Shown here piece after piece: positions 58,684 to 61,843 of a stretch of 61,843 bases of DNA. This DNA comes from a virus. Lineage: Duplodnaviria > Caudoviricetes. Each line of letters starts with the position of its first letter. Within the stretch, counting starts at the first letter, position 1. The notes under the pieces are model-generated. The model made no database searches. It saw only the letters and a program-made list of their open reading frames with translations, and was not told the origin of the DNA. Location: the IMG/VR virus record IMGVR_UViG_3300042360_000496, positions 1-61,843 of that record; one strand, 5' to 3'. The translations under genes were made by a program, and so were the position numbers.

Positions 58684-59004
58684 TTAGACTGTCATTAAAT
58701 GGGATCTGGCTTCTGCTGAGTTTTTGAAATTGGTTATTTCTAAATTTTCATTTGTTGCAAAATAATTTGATTCTGTATTTCCTCCTCTGCAGTCCTTTTG
58801 ACCATAGGCATAGACTTTATTTGCTTCTAACTTTATAACTAATTCACCCTCTCCATTTCCTCCTTGGTGTTCTCCAGCGTAAGATCCACTTATGAAAAAT
58901 AAATTCAACTTAATACCGTCCAGGACGACTTCTGCTGCCCAAGGACGGCTGTATCTTCTGGCATTGTAGGAATAGGATTTTTTGAAATAATTTTGATTTG
59001 ACAT
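58684..59004 (-). CDS. Hypothetical early protein (YN.RRYS.PW.A...GQKD.RG)
   Basis: GAAATGGAGAA RBS; own -10 box at 59040-59045 and palindrome at 59048-59059. Confidence 0.7.
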   Translation of the reverse strand: MSNQNYFKKSYSYNARRYSRPWAAEVVLDGIKLNLFFISGSYAGEHQGGNGEGELVIKLEANKVYAYGQKDCRGGNTESNYFATNENLEITNFKNSAEARSHLMTV

Positions 59005-59078
59005 TTGATTTCTCCATTTCTGATTTTATTTACAAAGAAATTATATCCTAAGTTGTTAGGATATTTCATTAATTTTAT

Positions 59079-59339
59079 TTAATAATCTAAGATCTTAACA
59101 TTACCTCTATGATGTTTATAATCATCCAAGGCTCTGTTGGCATCTTCACAAGTTTGACTTTTTAGTTTTCTTTTTTGGCAAATATTTGTGTAGAAGCTTG
59201 CAGTGCCGAAGTCCCAGTCCGTGATTTTCTTTTCTTCGTCTATATTTTGAATTGCTTTTTGTTCTTCAAAATAAACAGCTGTGGGAGCTACGGAAGCTGC
59301 AGTTAGAATTAAGATTAGAGAGATTATGGTGTTTTTCAT
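59079..59339 (-). CDS. Secreted or membrane small protein
   Basis: MKNTIISLILILTAA after an AAGGA RBS (track start 59399). Confidence 0.6.
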   Translation of the reverse strand: MKNTIISLILILTAASVAPTAVYFEEQKAIQNIDEEKKITDWDFGTASFYTNICQKRKLKSQTCEDANRALDDYKHHRGNVKILDY

Positions 59340-59343
59340 TTGT

Positions 59344-59577
59344 TTAATCCTTTCTGAATTGGAAACGGTCTTTGAAAGGGAAGATTTGGTGGATTTCATT
59401 TATCTCTTCAAGTCTTTTTGTTTCCACTTTTGGATTTTCTAATTTTAGAGTTTCTGGATTTATTTTGTAATTTGTTGAGTAAAAATATCTGTTTATTTGA
59501 TTTTCTAGTCTTTCTAGGGTGGGTGAAGTTCCTAGGAGATTCGGTTTTGGTTGGATTTTCTTTGATTGGGATTTCAT
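59344..59577 (-). CDS. Hypothetical early protein
   Basis: ORF preceded by 20-bp repeats. Confidence 0.6.
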   Translation of the reverse strand: MKSQSKKIQPKPNLLGTSPTLERLENQINRYFYSTNYKINPETLKLENPKVETKRLEEINEIHQIFPFKDRFQFRKD

Positions 59578-59612
59578 GATTTAATTTGTGGATTTGGGAT
59601 TTAATTTGTGGA
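59578..59612. repeat. Two copies (one partial) of the 20-bp unit gatttaatttgtggatttgr
   Basis: Read directly; abuts the start codon at 59577. Confidence 0.8.
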
Positions 59613-59652
59613 CATTAGGGTTGATAGTCGCATTTTGAAATTTTGAGAAATT

Positions 59653-59970
59653 TCAAAATGGGTCTTCCTCCAATCGGAGAGTCTTCTCTAGGATCATTTG
59701 ATTTAGTTTATCTGCGTAGTAACCACCATTTAGAGACTGAAATATATCTTCTGTGTTTAGAGCTCGGCAGTTATTTTGATCGATGTTTATAAAATCTCCT
59801 TTTTTGTCATAATTTATAGAGAAAGTGACAATTACTTTAGTTTTATTTATTGAGTTTATATGGTGATCCAGAATTATTGACCAATAAGGAGTTTGAGGTG
59901 CATTCCTGTGAAAATGGATTTGGTTTATTTCTAGAAGAGGATAATTTAATTTTGAGATTTGAGATTTCAT
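59653..59970 (-). CDS. Hypothetical early protein
   Basis: ORF preceded by 20-bp repeats. Confidence 0.6.
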   Translation of the reverse strand: MKSQISKLNYPLLEINQIHFHRNAPQTPYWSIILDHHINSINKTKVIVTFSINYDKKGDFINIDQNNCRALNTEDIFQSLNGGYYADKLNQMILEKTLRLEEDPF

Positions 59971-60040
59971 GATTTAATTTGTGGATTTGAGATTTAATTT
60001 GTGGATTTGAGATTTAATTTGTGGATTTGAGATTTAATTT
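59971..60040. repeat. 3.5 x 20-bp tandem repeat gatttaatttgtggatttga
   Basis: Read directly; abuts the start codon at 59970. Confidence 0.95.
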
Positions 60041-60054
60041 ATATATTCGGGATT

Positions 60055-60255
60055 TCAACTTTCGATTAATTTAATTTCGCTCATAGCTCTACTAGGAGGA
60101 GCGTAGCTAAGCCCAGCGATTGTGACTGTCACCACGTTCTTTACTAATTTAACTTTAAGGTCATAACCACATAGATTAGCTAATCTTTTGAGGTAATTTT
60201 CTCTTATATAAGAGCGAACTAGGGAGGCATTTTGGGTGTTAGTTAGGTTTATCAT
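60055..60255 (-). CDS. Hypothetical early protein
   Basis: GAAATGGAGAA RBS. Confidence 0.65.
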   Translation of the reverse strand: MINLTNTQNASLVRSYIRENYLKRLANLCGYDLKVKLVKNVVTVTIAGLSYAPPSRAMSEIKLIES

Positions 60256-60285
60256 GATTTATTCTCCATTTCGTTTAATTTGGGT

Positions 60286-60489
60286 TTATGAGTATATTCC
60301 GCTTATTACTGCTAAATTCTTTTTAGTTAAGGATTTAACTACAGGGGCAGAAACCCAAGTTAGGAATTTATTTCTGTAAGTTAGAGCCCAGTAACCTTGT
60401 CCATTGTTGCAAAATTTTAATTTAGCTTTTCCTCTTTTATTTTTTAGCTTATGAATTGCCCATTGATATTGTTTTGTCAGAGTTGTCAT
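60286..60489 (-). CDS. Hypothetical basic early protein
   Basis: AAGGA RBS. Confidence 0.65.
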   Translation of the reverse strand: MTTLTKQYQWAIHKLKNKRGKAKLKFCNNGQGYWALTYRNKFLTWVSAPVVKSLTKKNLAVISGIYS

Positions 60490-60515
60490 TTTGATTTTCC
60501 TTAATTTAATTTGGG

Positions 60516-60570
60516 TTTAGAGCAATTAAGCTCTCTAGAGCGGGAGTTACCGCTGAAGAGAATTTAATTT
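60516..60570 (-). repeat. Twin-hairpin intergenic element, copy 1
   Basis: tttagagcaattaagctctctagagcgggagttaccgctgaagagaatttaattt. Confidence 0.9.
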
Positions 60571-60805
60571 ATATTTCGGTATAATCAAACCTTGCTGAAC
60601 CGAAATATCTTTTTCTAAAACCAAATTTCTTGGTTTCTTTGTTATAGTAATAAGATTTTTGAGTTATTTCGTTTTCTCTATCATTCCCAGATAGAGGGTA
60701 TAGAAAAAGCTTGCCTTGTGATTTAATTTTTCTTTCGTCTAAATTTATTATTACGGTTTTTAGTAATTCTATAAATTTAATTTTGGATTGTAGATTAGTG
60801 TTCAT
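60569..60805 (-). CDS. Hypothetical early protein
   Basis: Start corrected from 60817, which lies inside the RBS motif. Confidence 0.65.
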   Translation of the reverse strand: MNTNLQSKIKFIELLKTVIINLDERKIKSQGKLFLYPLSGNDRENEITQKSYYYNKETKKFGFRKRYFGSARFDYTEI

Positions 60806-60832
60806 AGGTTTCTCCATTTCGTTTAATTTGGG

Positions 60833-60887
60833 TTTAGAGCGGTTAAGCTCTCTAGAGCGGGAGTTCCCGCTGAAGAGAATTTAATTT
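60833..60887 (-). repeat. Twin-hairpin intergenic element, copy 2
   Basis: tttagagcggttaagctctctagagcgggagttcccgctgaagagaatttaattt. Confidence 0.9.
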
Positions 60888-60893
60888 ATATAT

Positions 60894-61184
60894 CTAGGAT
60901 TCTATTTTCCAATTGTGCCAGCGGATTTTACCTTGGCTGTTATGATAGTATTGTTCACGTTTCAATTTGGTGGTACCGATTTTGACGGTCACAGAGAAGA
61001 AATAACCGTCGTAGAAAACAGAAATGTTTGGTTTAATTTCAATTTCTTTGCCTTCAGTTAGGTTATTTTCATCTTCTTCATAAGATTTTCCTAGTTCTAA
61101 AGCTAACTTTTCGCTTTTTTCAATAAAAGCTAAAGCTAATTTAAAAGCGTCGGCTTTAATTTTCTTTTCGTTAGAGGTTTTCAT
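60894..61184 (-). CDS. Hypothetical early protein
   Basis: Start corrected from 61196; -10 box at 61212-61217 and palindrome at 61220-61231. Confidence 0.65.
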   Translation of the reverse strand: MKTSNEKKIKADAFKLALAFIEKSEKLALELGKSYEEDENNLTEGKEIEIKPNISVFYDGYFFSVTVKIGTTKLKREQYYHNSQGKIRWHNWKIES

Positions 61185-61234
61185 AGGTTTCTCCATTTCT
61201 GATTTATTAGAATTATACTCTAACTAGTTAGGTT

Positions 61235-61387
61235 TTAACTTAGCTCGTCATTTACAATTATTTCTATGGAAACTTCATCAGTTTCTTGCTCTATTAAAAA
61301 TTTAAAGGTTTCGGCTACCTCTTGTGGGGAGTAATTAGCTTTAAGTTTAGTTATTACTTTTTCTAATTCGTCCATTGGGTTTGTCAT
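61235..61387 (-). CDS. 50-aa acidic protein MTNPMDELEKVITKLK... (below ORF-track cutoff)
   Basis: Open frame read by hand; fills the gap in the early gene string. Confidence 0.55.
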   Translation of the reverse strand: MTNPMDELEKVITKLKANYSPQEVAETFKFLIEQETDEVSIEIIVNDELS

Positions 61388-61414
61388 AATTTAATTTGTA
61401 TATATGAAGGGGGA

Positions 61415-61471
61415 TTTAGAGCGGTTAAGCTCTCTAGAGCGGGAGTTTACCCGCTGAAGAGAATTTAATTT
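61415..61471 (-). repeat. Twin-hairpin intergenic element, copy 3
   Basis: tttagagcggttaagctctctagagcgggagtttacccgctgaagagaatttaattt. Confidence 0.9.
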
Positions 61472-61516
61472 GTATATACAGAGTTCGATAAATTTAGGTT
61501 AAGCCCAAGGGTGGGC

Positions 61517-61741
61517 TTAGTTAATAGGTATTTCCCCTTTATAAACCGTATTATCACTAAAATAAACATATTTAGTTAAAGCTAAACTAGGGTCTTTAAA
61601 ATCATCAGCGGGAAAGTAACATTTTATATTTTCTATATGAGTTAAGGCATTTGTTTTAGTTTTAAAAACTGTAGTTTCTAGCCCGCTTTCCGTATATTGG
61701 GTAATTACATAATCTTTTCTTAGTATAGTAGGTTTTGACAT
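61517..61741 (-). CDS. First leftward early protein
   Basis: Start corrected from 61756; followed by the hairpin aagccca-aggg-tgggctt at 61501-61518. Confidence 0.65.
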   Translation of the reverse strand: MSKPTILRKDYVITQYTESGLETTVFKTKTNALTHIENIKCYFPADDFKDPSLALTKYVYFSDNTVYKGEIPIN

Positions 61742-61843
61742 TACGTATTTCTCCATTTCATTTAATTTGTATATTCGGGTAAATATAATTTAATTTATAT
61801 TTACCGAAACCTGTATATAATTTAATTTAGGTATAGCTAAATG

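Noticed and set aside
60516-61471. Mini-CRISPR formed by the three 55-bp repeats
   Set aside because: The repeats are separated by whole protein-coding genes (260-530 bp), not spacer-sized segments
360-61756. Family of proteins sharing an MEK N-terminus
   Set aside because: The ATG belongs to the GAAATGGAGAA RBS; in other copies it is out of frame or followed by a stop
1-61843. tRNA/rRNA genes or a recoded genetic code
   Set aside because: No cloverleaf was seen by eye, and core genes are intact under the standard code with all three stop codons in use

Overview
The window looks like a near-complete genome of an AT-rich (roughly mid-30s % GC by eye) lytic siphovirus. No integrase, tRNA, CRISPR array or reverse transcriptase was seen. 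Order on the + strand: a ~2 kb repeat- and palindrome-rich, mostly non-coding end; terminase, portal and head genes; a long-tail module with a lambda-like M-L-K-I-J tip, in which J carries an N-terminal Hint domain; a lysis cassette; and replication and nucleotide-metabolism genes (SNF2 helicase, SSB, RecD-like helicase, NrdAB, PolA). The - strand carries the primase-helicase, an HTH protein, a resolvase and a string of small early genes. The head and replication genes resemble those of YuA/M6-type thymidine-hypermodifying phages. The best candidate for a new system is a DNA-modification locus at 37.4-42.9 kb: dUMP hydroxymethylase-like thymidylate synthase, 5-hmdU DNA kinase, HAD-phosphatase/kinase fusion, HxGH nucleotidyltransferase and GT-B glycosyltransferase. 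No amino acid:DNA transferase was recognised, which suggests a sugar- or polyol-based thymidine hypermodification. Two genome-scale DNA signals may be linked to it. (i) The terminal/early region avoids TG/TC (=CA/GA) dinucleotides, with zero in 1-357 and 1333-1683. (ii) The octamer TTGGGCTT/AAGCCCAA occurs at least 37 times by hand count. Also found: CTAA-N4-TTAG palindromes next to -10 boxes, a thrice-repeated twin-hairpin element between early genes, and a 23-aa micro-ORF that matches the N-terminus of an inverted lectin-like gene. All family assignments come from motif recognition by eye, not database searches.
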